Shown piece after piece: positions 24,824-33,152 of a stretch of 37,347 nt of DNA. Below the pieces are notes generated by a model. That model ran no database searches. It was not told the DNA's origin and saw nothing but the letters and a program-made list of their open reading frames with translations. The stretch covers positions 1 to 37,347 of IMG/VR virus record IMGVR_UViG_3300037834_000040. The stretch is one strand, 5' to 3'. Source of the DNA: a virus. Taxonomy: Duplodnaviria > Caudoviricetes. The position numbers were made by a program, and so were the translations under genes. Position 1 is the first letter of the stretch. Every line of letters begins with the position of its first letter.

Positions 24824-27669
24824 TGGCGCTGATCCCGACCTTTACCGCGCAGGCGCCGCGCCGCGGCTCGCTGGAGCCGTCGGCCGACAACGGTTCGGCA
24901 GACGTCTTCCTGGCGATCGCCAAGACGTCGGGCCAGATATCCGGCCGGCTGATGGAGATGGCGGGCGATGCCGCCCGACGCGAGGGCAGGGATGCCGGCG
25001 CGGCAGCGGCGATGACGGTCTCCATGCCCGGCGTCGACTTCGCATTCGACGCGTCAAGCCCGATGACGACGCCGCAGCGCGGCCGGGCCCAGGGGATGAC
25101 GCGGGGTATGGCCGGCGATGTCCGCAGCATCGTCTCGGCGGCTGCGCAGAAGCACGGCGTCGATGCCAATGCCATGCTGACCATCGCGATGCTGGAAAGC
25201 TCGGGCAACCCCAACGCGAAGAACCCGAACTCTTCCGCCGGGGGGCTTTTCCAGTTCATCGACAGCACGGCAAGCCAGTATGGCCTTGCCAACCGTTTCG
25301 ACCCGGTCGCGGCGTCCGACGCCGCTGCCCGCCTGGCGAAGGACAATGCCGGCCATCTTCGCAAGGTTCTCGGCCGCGAACCGACCGCCGGCGAACTCTA
25401 CCTGGCGCATCAGCAGGGCGCCGGCGGCGCGGCGCGTCTCCTCGCCAATCCCGGCGCGAGCGCCGTTTCGATCGTCGGCAGCAAGGCGGTTACGCTCAAC
25501 GGCGGCACCAGCGGCATGACGGCCGGCGAGTTCGCGTCCATCTGGACGGCAAAGGCTGGTGATCGTGCCGCCGCAGTTTCTTCGGGCGGTGCGCCCGTCG
25601 CGGCCGCCGGCGGCCAGGTGCAGGTGACATTGACCGGCGCGGCCGGCGCCGTGCCGCAGATGGCGGCCGGCACGATCCGCGGCGACGCCTATAACGCCGC
25701 GGCGATCGACATTCACCAGAACCGCCTGCAAACGGCGATGCTCGGCCAGATCGACGCGCTGTCGGTCCAGCACCAGGGCGATCCGGCGGGCCTCACCGAA
25801 GCGATCGAGGCGCTCCGCCAGGGCTATGTCCAGGAGCTGCCACCGGCGCAGGCGGCCGCGATGACGCAATCCTTCGAGCGCGCCAAGGTCGGCGCGGTCG
25901 CCGGCGCCGTGCGCGAATATCAAAGCCAGCTCGAAAGCCAGAACCTCGCATCCTTCGAAGAGGCGATCGAGGCGCGCACCCAATCGGCCCTGCGCATTGC
26001 GTCCAAGGCGGGGCTCGACGAACGCAGCGACCAGGCGCTGGCCGCCGAGCTCGACCAGATCGACCGCGACATCGACGCCTCGCCGATGACGCCGCTGCAA
26101 AAGTCGCGGCTGAAGCGCGAGACGCGCACCGGCGCGATGGGCGCCCGCGTCCTGGCCGGCTTCGAGAACCTGACCGATCCGGCCGCGCGGGCCGAATATC
26201 TGAAAGCGTTCGAGACCGACTGGCAGGATGGCGAGGGCTATGGCGGCATGGTCGACGCCGCCACCTTCCAGACCGTCAAAACGCAGATGATGCGCCAACT
26301 CCAGGCCGACGAGGTTGCTGCCGATCGCCGGCGTTCCGCGCTCGAAAAATCGATCGACGGCCAGGTCTCGTTCCTGAAAAAGGGCTATCCGGTCGACCCG
26401 CGCCGACGCGCTGCGATCGCGGCCGAGGTCGCGGCGACCGGAGACGAGGCGCTGGCCGCCAATCTCGACTTCCTCGACAATCTCTCCTCCTGGCAATCGG
26501 CCCATCTTGGCGCGCATCCCTCCGTCGTCGAGGCGCAGATCGAGACGCTGAAGGCACGCATCCAGCGCGAGGGCATGTCGGAAGCGGCGCTCGTCACGCT
26601 CGACGTGATGGAGGGGTTGCACAAGGAAATGACAGCCGGCCTGAAGGCCGATCCGCTCACCTGGGCGAACCGTGCGGGCGTCGCGGAAATCGTGCCACTC
26701 GACTTTTCCGACCAGGCCGGACTGGCCGTCACGCTCTCGGATCGGGCCGCGACGGCCGAGGCGATCGGCAAGCATTACGGGGCGGCGCCGAAATATTTCC
26801 TTCCGAACGAGATCGACGCGCTGCAAAAGCAGGTCGAGAGCGATCCGCTGCAGCTCCCGGCTGTCGTCTCCGCTTTGCGCGAAGGGCTCGGCCGCGCCGC
26901 GCCGGCCGCGTTCGCAGAAATCAGCGCCGATGCGCCGGTGCTCGCGCATGTGGCCGGGCTCTATGCCTCGACGGGCGACCAGAAGTTGGTCGTCGAGGCG
27001 GGCGAGGCACTCGCGATGCGCCGTGTCGAGGGCTACAAGGCCAACCTGCCGACGCCGGCGAAGCTGCATGGCGCGGCGACCGTCGACCTGGGCGGCGCGC
27101 TGCAGCTCTGGCCGACGGCCCGCACGGCCGCGATCGAGACCGCCACCGCGATCTTCGAACGCCGCGCGATGCGCATGGGCATCGATGCGTCCGACTTCGG
27201 CGAGACATCGCCAGCCCGCCAGCTTTTCACCCAGGCGCTCGACGAGGTGCTGGGCGCGCGCATGGTCGACGGCGTGAAGCATGGCGGCCTGACGATGGTC
27301 AACGGCGTCGAGACAGTCGCGCCCGTCGACATGCCGGCCGACGATCTCGAGCAGCTCGTCTGGAACCTGTCGGCCGATGACCTGATCTTCCAGGCCGATC
27401 TCGGCACCGCCAACGGCGTTCCGATCACCGTCGACCAGCTTCGCGGCGGCAAGCTGATCGCCTCCGGACCCGGCCGCTACCGCGTCGCGCTCGGCGATCC
27501 CTGGTCGGACGATCCGCGCTATGTGCCGGACGCGGCCGGCGGCTATTTCCAGCTCGATGTCGACATGCTGCGTCGCACCCGCGTCGACCAGCCGACGGCC
27601 CGCGCAGCCCGCGATGCCGAGCGTTGGCGTGAATGGCAGTTCCGACCCGTTCCGCAGGACGTGCCATGA
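24823..27669 (+). CDS. Internal virion protein with lytic transglycosylase (SLT-like) domain
   Basis: IAMLESSGNPNAKNPNSSAGGLFQFIDST and YLAHQQG motifs; long helical remainder. Confidence 0.85.
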   Translation: MALIPTFTAQAPRRGSLEPSADNGSADVFLAIAKTSGQISGRLMEMAGDAARREGRDAGAAAAMTVSMPGVDFAFDASSPMTTPQRGRAQGMTRGMAGDVRSIVSAAAQKHGVDANAMLTIAMLESSGNPNAKNPNSSAGGLFQFIDSTASQYGLANRFDPVAASDAAARLAKDNAGHLRKVLGREPTAGELYLAHQQGAGGAARLLANPGASAVSIVGSKAVTLNGGTSGMTAGEFASIWTAKAGDRAAAVSSGGAPVAAAGGQVQVTLTGAAGAVPQMAAGTIRGDAYNAAAIDIHQNRLQTAMLGQIDALSVQHQGDPAGLTEAIEALRQGYVQELPPAQAAAMTQSFERAKVGAVAGAVREYQSQLESQNLASFEEAIEARTQSALRIASKAGLDERSDQALAAELDQIDRDIDASPMTPLQKSRLKRETRTGAMGARVLAGFENLTDPAARAEYLKAFETDWQDGEGYGGMVDAATFQTVKTQMMRQLQADEVAADRRRSALEKSIDGQVSFLKKGYPVDPRRRAAIAAEVAATGDEALAANLDFLDNLSSWQSAHLGAHPSVVEAQIETLKARIQREGMSEAALVTLDVMEGLHKEMTAGLKADPLTWANRAGVAEIVPLDFSDQAGLAVTLSDRAATAEAIGKHYGAAPKYFLPNEIDALQKQVESDPLQLPAVVSALREGLGRAAPAAFAEISADAPVLAHVAGLYASTGDQKLVVEAGEALAMRRVEGYKANLPTPAKLHGAATVDLGGALQLWPTARTAAIETATAIFERRAMRMGIDASDFGETSPARQLFTQALDEVLGARMVDGVKHGGLTMVNGVETVAPVDMPADDLEQLVWNLSADDLIFQADLGTANGVPITVDQLRGGKLIASGPGRYRVALGDPWSDDPRYVPDAAGGYFQLDVDMLRRTRVDQPTARAARDAERWREWQFRPVPQDVP

Positions 27670-29603
27670 GCTATCTTTACGGCGAACCGCGCCGATCGGC
27701 GTTCGACAGTTTCGCCGGCGGCGAGGCGTCGCTCGGCGATATCTGGTCGGCCAGTCGCGAGGCGATGCTTTATGTCGAGAACGCCAACAGCGCCCATGTC
27801 GCGCTCGAGCGCGCCTTCGACGACCGGATCGAGGAGGTGCGCCAGCTCACGGGCCGGACGCTGCAGAACCCGTTGCGCGCTGCCGAACAGGCGCGTCGGG
27901 AAGGGATGTCGACCTTCCGCCGTCCGTCGCTCGACGAGATCGGCCGCGGCGACGCCTCGGGCGAGACCGCCTATCGCGGCGACGCCGACAGCCGCATTCG
28001 CGCCTTCCATGCCGAACTCGACACCATTGCCGGTCAGATCCCCGATCAGAGCGCCGGGCAACGGCTGACGCGCTCGGTCGAGGGGGAGGCGGCGCGGCGT
28101 GCGCGCGAGACCGACGCGCGGCTCGGCACCTTCCTGTCGTCGCGCAGCGGCTTGGGCAAATGGGCGGCGCTCCTGGGCGGCGGCATGGCCGGTTTCATCA
28201 ACGACCCGATCAATGTCGCGTCCCTGGTCGTCGGCGGCGGGCCGGGCGCCGGCCGCACCGTCGCAGGACGCATCCTGGCGGTCGCGACGCGCGAGGCTTT
28301 CGTCAACGGCGCGGCCGAGGCGGCGATCCAGCCGATGGTGCAGGATTGGCGCGCGCGTGCCGGTCTCGACGCCGGTCTCGAGGAAGCGATGCGCAATGTC
28401 ACCTTCGCCGCGACGCTGGGCGGTATCTTCGGCGCCGGGATAGGCGCGGTCGGAGAGGCGGCGACGCGGCTGCGCGGCCCGCAGGTCGACCTGGCTGCCG
28501 AGATCGCCGCGGCCGAGGCGCATGTCGCGCCGGCGATGCGCCAGGCGCTTTCCGGCGACATCGAGGCCGCGCGCACCGTGCTGCCCGAGATCCGCGCCGC
28601 ACTGCCGCCAGAGGCGCGCGGCGCGCTCGACCATGCCGACGCGCTGGCGCATCTCGACCGGACGCGGCCTTCGGCAGCGCCCGCCGCGCGCCACGACGAG
28701 CTGGTGAGCCAGGCGCACCGCGCGCTCGACATGGCCGACGACTGGCGCGGCTTCGATGCCGATCCGGAGCAGATCGAGCGCGTGACGCGGGTGATCGTGG
28801 GCGAGGAACCGGCGCGCGCGCCGACCGCGCCGGCCGCGCGATCGCTGTCCGGCTTCCTGATCGACGAGGGCGGCGTTACCGATTTCAAGGGCGAGCTTGC
28901 GGCGATCGGCGCCGACCAGGTCACCGAACGCTTCCGCGGCCGCCTGGTGCGCCAGGACGGGGCGCCGCTCGATACGGCCCGCGAGCGCGCGGCGCAGGCC
29001 GGCTATTTCGATCATCTCTATGGCACGCCCGACGAGGCGGCGGCGCGCTCGACCGTGCGCGACCTGCTCGATCTGATCGAGGAAGACGTTCGCGGCAACC
29101 CGGTTCTGCCGGGAACGGCTGTGCGCGAGACGGGCAGCGATTTCGAAGCGGCCCGCGCCGGCGTCGAGGGGCTCGTCAGCGACATCGTGCGCCTGGGCGG
29201 TCCCGCGCTCGACGACGACGTGCTGACCCGGATCGCGCGGCTGTCGCTCGACGAGGGGATCGAGCCGGTCGAGGCGTTCGATCGCGTGATCAGCGAGATC
29301 GAGGCGGCCGATGTGCCGGCGCGCCCGGAAGGGGTACGCCGCGTCAACGACTTGCCACCCGGCTGGTCGGAAGCCGAATTGCTTGCTGCCAGCGAGCGGC
29401 GCGCGCTCACAGCCGACGCGGACGGCATCGATGACATGGCCGTCGCGCGGCCAGATGACGAGATTTCCCCGGCCGATCTCGAGGCGTTCGGCCATCTGGA
29501 GATCGCCGACGAAGCCGGCAATGTCGTGCCGCTTTCGCGTTACGTCGCAGACGCCGCGCGCGACGACGAACTTGCCACCATCATCAAGGCTTGCAGAGCA
29601 TGA
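27666..29603 (+). CDS. Internal virion (ejection) protein
   Basis: ATG 27666 coupled; GG..AGFINDPINVASL hydrophobic segment; position. Confidence 0.75.
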   Translation: MSYLYGEPRRSAFDSFAGGEASLGDIWSASREAMLYVENANSAHVALERAFDDRIEEVRQLTGRTLQNPLRAAEQARREGMSTFRRPSLDEIGRGDASGETAYRGDADSRIRAFHAELDTIAGQIPDQSAGQRLTRSVEGEAARRARETDARLGTFLSSRSGLGKWAALLGGGMAGFINDPINVASLVVGGGPGAGRTVAGRILAVATREAFVNGAAEAAIQPMVQDWRARAGLDAGLEEAMRNVTFAATLGGIFGAGIGAVGEAATRLRGPQVDLAAEIAAAEAHVAPAMRQALSGDIEAARTVLPEIRAALPPEARGALDHADALAHLDRTRPSAAPAARHDELVSQAHRALDMADDWRGFDADPEQIERVTRVIVGEEPARAPTAPAARSLSGFLIDEGGVTDFKGELAAIGADQVTERFRGRLVRQDGAPLDTARERAAQAGYFDHLYGTPDEAAARSTVRDLLDLIEEDVRGNPVLPGTAVRETGSDFEAARAGVEGLVSDIVRLGGPALDDDVLTRIARLSLDEGIEPVEAFDRVISEIEAADVPARPEGVRRVNDLPPGWSEAELLAASERRALTADADGIDDMAVARPDDEISPADLEAFGHLEIADEAGNVVPLSRYVADAARDDELATIIKACRA

Positions 29604-29701
29604 TTTCGCTCACGGGCCGTTTCGCTCGCTATTGCTCGCTGGCCCTGCGCGGACGCGCCCGAAAAGTCGGGCGGCCGCCGGTCGGCGCCTAAGGAGGACA
29701 G

Positions 29702-32194
29702 ATGTCCATCAATCAGTGTCTCGACACGGCGGTCAAGGGCGGCGAGCTTTCCAAGGAAGAGGCCGACAGCCTGAAGCGCGACTATGAGCGCTTCCGGCAA
29801 AACCGCGACAATGGCGGGCCGGCACTTGCCGCCGAACAGGCCAAGGCCGATCTCCTCGAAAGCATCGCAGCCGCGACGGCGCACAAGCGCAGGAAGGCCA
29901 AGCTGGCACTCGCCAATGTGCGCGAGATCGACCGCGATCTCCGCTCCTATCGGGACGCGAAGGGCAGGGCGAATATCGGCGCGGCGGCGCTCGACAAGCT
30001 CGAGCATTTCGGTTCCGCGCCGTTCTCGTCCGTCGCCGGCCGATCGCGGGCGATCGTCGCCCTGGCTCATGCGAAGATGGAAGAAGCGCTGCATCATTTC
30101 CGGCGCGGCGCGCTCCTCGGTGACAAGGCACGCTGGAACGCGGCCGATCTGCGCAATGTCGCGCGCGAACTCTTCGGCGAGGACACGGGCGACCAGGCCG
30201 CCAAGGCGATGGCGGCCGCCTGGAAGGACACCAGCGAATGGCTGCGCCAGCGCTTCAACGCCGCCGGCGGCGCGATCGGCAAGCTGGAAAACTGGGGCCT
30301 GCCACAGCATCACGATCCCCGCGCGCTGCGCAACATGGGGCGCGAGAGCTGGAAGGAATTCATCCGGCCGCGCCTCGACCTTGCGCGGATGCGCCATCCG
30401 CTGACGGGCAAGAAGATCTACAAGGCCGAACTCGACTGGGTGCTCGACGAAATTTGGGAAACCGTCGCGACCGACGGCATTTCGAAGATGCAGCCGAGCC
30501 GGGCGCCGTCCGGACGCGGGGCGCTCGCCAACCAGCGGGCCGAGCATCGGTTCCTCGTCTTCCGCGACGCGGATGCCTGGCTGCAATATCAGGAAGCCTT
30601 CGGCGGCGGGTCCGATCCGTTTGCGACGATGATGGGCCACATCAACATGATGGCGAAGGACATCGGGGCGATGGAGATCCTCGGCCCCAACCCCTCCGGC
30701 ACGATCGAGCTGATGAAGCAGATGATCGAGAAGGAAAAGGGACGGGTGCTGGCCGGCAAGTCGCATCGCCTCGGCGGCGCGACGGAGAAGACCGCGGCGG
30801 ACAGGTCCAGTCGCACCCAGGAGCGGCTGGACGAAGTATGGGGCTCCATTCGCGGCGAGCTTTCCACTCCCGTGAACGGACGCTGGGCAAATGCCTTCGG
30901 CGCCGCACGATCGATCATCACCTCCGCCATTCTCGGCCAGGCCGCGATCAGCGCCATTTCCGATGTCGGGACGCAGGCGATCGCGCGGTCCTTCGCCGGC
31001 ATCTCGTCGAAAGGCGTCGTTCCGGAAATGGTGAAGGCCTTCGGCACCGCCACACGGCGCGAGGCGGTGCAGGCGGGCCTCATCCTCGACAGCGCGGCGA
31101 ATGTGTTCCATGCCCAGGCCCGCTATGTCGGTACGCTGTCCGGCCCGGAATGGGCGAACTATCTTGCCGATCGCGTCCTGACCTGGTCCGGCCTGACGCC
31201 CTGGACGCAGGCTTCGCGCCACGCCTTCGGGCTCGCCTTCGAGACGGAAGCCGCCAACCGCGTCGGGCTGTCGTTCGACGAGCTGCCGGATGCCTTTCGC
31301 GGCACGTTCCGGCGCTACGGCATCAAGCCGGCCGACTGGGACGTGATCCGGCGATCGAAGCTGCACGGAACCGGCGACGGCCAAATCCTGCGGCCGAGCG
31401 AAATCGCCGATCTCGACCCGCGCCTGGCCGAACGCTACATCGAGATGATCCATGCCGAGACGGAATATGCCGTCCCGAACGGCTCGCACCGTTCCCGCTC
31501 AAGCCTCCTCGCACAGAATAAGCCCGGCACCTTCTGGGGCGAGGTCGCGCGCTCCTTTGCCCAGTTCAAGAGCTTCGGCGCCGTCATCGTGCTGCTGCAC
31601 GGAATGCGCACCCACCAGATGATCGCCGGCGGACAGAAGGCGAGGGGCGCGCTTTATGCCGGCTCGCTGCTCCTGTCGACCTCGCTTCTCGGCGCCGTCG
31701 CCATCCAGTTGAAACAGATCGCCTCCGGGCGCGACCCGCGTGACATGACGACGCCCGCCTTCGGCTTCGCGTCGCTCCTCCAGGGCGGCGGGCTCGGCAT
31801 CTATGGCGATTTCCTGTTTTCCGACCTCAACCGCTATGGCGGCGGTTTCTCGACGACGCTGGGCGGGCCAGTGATCCAGCGCGCCAACGATCTTTGGAAC
31901 CTGACGGCCGGCAACGCGGTGCAGCTCGCCTCGGGCGAGACGACGCATTTCGGCCGCGAGCTCGTGCGCTTCGCCAAGGGCAACATTCCCGGCGGCAATA
32001 TCTGGTATCTGAAGCTCGCCTGGGAAAGGGCGGTGATGGACCAGTTTCAGTTCCTGGTCGATCCGGAGGCCAACAAGGCCTTCAAGCGCCAGCAGCAATT
32101 CTGGGCGCGCGAGTTCGACCAGGGCTATTTCTGGGCGCCCGGCACGCTGGCGCCGCAGCGCGCGCCGAACCTGTCCGCGCTTGCGGGGCCTTAG
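29702..32194 (+). CDS. Large internal virion (ejection) protein
   Basis: 830 aa; WGLPQHHD, FAQFKSF, LLQGGGLGIYGDF, NIPGGNIWY motifs; RBS AAGGAGG. Confidence 0.8.
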   Translation: MSINQCLDTAVKGGELSKEEADSLKRDYERFRQNRDNGGPALAAEQAKADLLESIAAATAHKRRKAKLALANVREIDRDLRSYRDAKGRANIGAAALDKLEHFGSAPFSSVAGRSRAIVALAHAKMEEALHHFRRGALLGDKARWNAADLRNVARELFGEDTGDQAAKAMAAAWKDTSEWLRQRFNAAGGAIGKLENWGLPQHHDPRALRNMGRESWKEFIRPRLDLARMRHPLTGKKIYKAELDWVLDEIWETVATDGISKMQPSRAPSGRGALANQRAEHRFLVFRDADAWLQYQEAFGGGSDPFATMMGHINMMAKDIGAMEILGPNPSGTIELMKQMIEKEKGRVLAGKSHRLGGATEKTAADRSSRTQERLDEVWGSIRGELSTPVNGRWANAFGAARSIITSAILGQAAISAISDVGTQAIARSFAGISSKGVVPEMVKAFGTATRREAVQAGLILDSAANVFHAQARYVGTLSGPEWANYLADRVLTWSGLTPWTQASRHAFGLAFETEAANRVGLSFDELPDAFRGTFRRYGIKPADWDVIRRSKLHGTGDGQILRPSEIADLDPRLAERYIEMIHAETEYAVPNGSHRSRSSLLAQNKPGTFWGEVARSFAQFKSFGAVIVLLHGMRTHQMIAGGQKARGALYAGSLLLSTSLLGAVAIQLKQIASGRDPRDMTTPAFGFASLLQGGGLGIYGDFLFSDLNRYGGGFSTTLGGPVIQRANDLWNLTAGNAVQLASGETTHFGRELVRFAKGNIPGGNIWYLKLAWERAVMDQFQFLVDPEANKAFKRQQQFWAREFDQGYFWAPGTLAPQRAPNLSALAGP

Positions 32195-32234
32195 ATATCT
32201 CGCCATTATCTCCCTCCAATAAGGGGAGGCTCAC

Positions 32235-32996
32235 TTGAAATCGATGATGGTGCTTGGCGCGATCGCGCTTCTTACGTCTTGTGGCAGTGTTACGGTTCCC
32301 GTTTTAGTCGTCGCTGATAGCGGCGAAAGACTGCAGGGCACGACAACCGCGTCTATCTCCGGTGGCACTTTCGAGGTTGCCGGCCCGCTCGGCGGTGAGA
32401 AAGTCACCTGCCGCGGCGACTACAACGCCCTCGACAGCTCGAAGACCATAGCGATCCCAACAACATGTAGCGACGGGCGAACCGGCATGATTACAGCAAC
32501 ACGAGACAGTTCAGGAATGAACGGTAGCGGGCAGGTCCGCCTCACTGATGGTACCCAGGGTGAGTTCTATTTCGGCAATGCGGGAATTGCCCAAATTGCC
32601 GCGGCAGATCGCAAGCCTAAATCGCAAACGACGTTTTCCTTGTCTGCACAAAATCTTCCGTCCGCTGATTGGCTCGCGGATCAGATTGATCCCTATTTTC
32701 GCTGCGGTGCGGAGACATCGGCCGTCCTCGCAGTCCGCCTTCAGGATGAAAGACCATCCGATATCGCTATTGCCGCCGCCGCCCGATGCGGCTCTCATCG
32801 TGCTGAATTTCTACGCAACGCAAGTTCGGCCTACCCGCAATCCATGCAAGCCGTCATCACACGTACAATCGACCGAAACTTTCGCGAGCTCGCTGTCGCA
32901 ACGGCGTTGACGGCTCGGGAGGAATTTGCCGAAGAACGAGCAAGGCGCAACAGACAGCAAAGCCCGACCGCACCATCCATCGAGCGCGAAGTGTAA
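32235..32996 (+). CDS. Lipoprotein moron of unknown function
   Basis: Signal peptide with lipobox LLTS-C; visibly lower GC and more A/T-ending codons than flanks; own candidate promoter and downstream terminator. Confidence 0.75.
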   Translation: MKSMMVLGAIALLTSCGSVTVPVLVVADSGERLQGTTTASISGGTFEVAGPLGGEKVTCRGDYNALDSSKTIAIPTTCSDGRTGMITATRDSSGMNGSGQVRLTDGTQGEFYFGNAGIAQIAAADRKPKSQTTFSLSAQNLPSADWLADQIDPYFRCGAETSAVLAVRLQDERPSDIAIAAAARCGSHRAEFLRNASSAYPQSMQAVITRTIDRNFRELAVATALTAREEFAEERARRNRQQSPTAPSIEREV

Positions 32997-33025
32997 ACGT
33001 GACGGCTCGCCTCGCCGCCTAATCT
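32994..33025 (+). promoter_or_regulatory. Putative late promoter 4 (drives short non-coding unit)
   Basis: TAAACGTGAC-N16-TAATCT, overlapping the lipoprotein stop codon. Confidence 0.7.
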
Positions 33026-33030
33026 CACTG

Positions 33031-33100
33031 CGCGAACCCGCTTCCTGTCGCGGCATCTCGCATCCTGGCCGTCCGGGCAGGCCTCGCCCGGGCGGCTTTT
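33031..33100 (+). ncRNA. Candidate ~70-nt phage small RNA
   Basis: Bounded by promoter 4 and a terminator; no ATG; 5' hairpin CGCGA/TCGCG with loop ACCCGCTTCCTG. Confidence 0.4.
33068..33100 (+). terminator. Intrinsic terminator before tail-fibre promoter
   Basis: GCCGTCCGGGC/GCCCGGGCGGC stem (one G-U pair) followed by TTTT. Confidence 0.7.
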
Positions 33101-33114
33101 CCGTCCCTGACGGG

Positions 33115-33146
33115 TAAACGTGACAGGTTCGGCGCGACCTTACCCT
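33115..33146 (+). promoter_or_regulatory. Putative late promoter 5 (tail fibre/lysis; leaderless mRNA)
   Basis: TAAACGTGAC-N16-TACCCT; ATG follows after 6 nt with no SD; shares 19 bp with promoter 3. Confidence 0.8.
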
Positions 33147-33152
33147 CGCGCC

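Noticed and set aside
7945-31489. Long antisense ORFs (e.g. 7945-9618, 9961-11745, 16553-18376, 25054-27282, 27543-29495, 29540-31489)
   Set aside because: Shadows of high-GC coding genes on the opposite strand; no motifs
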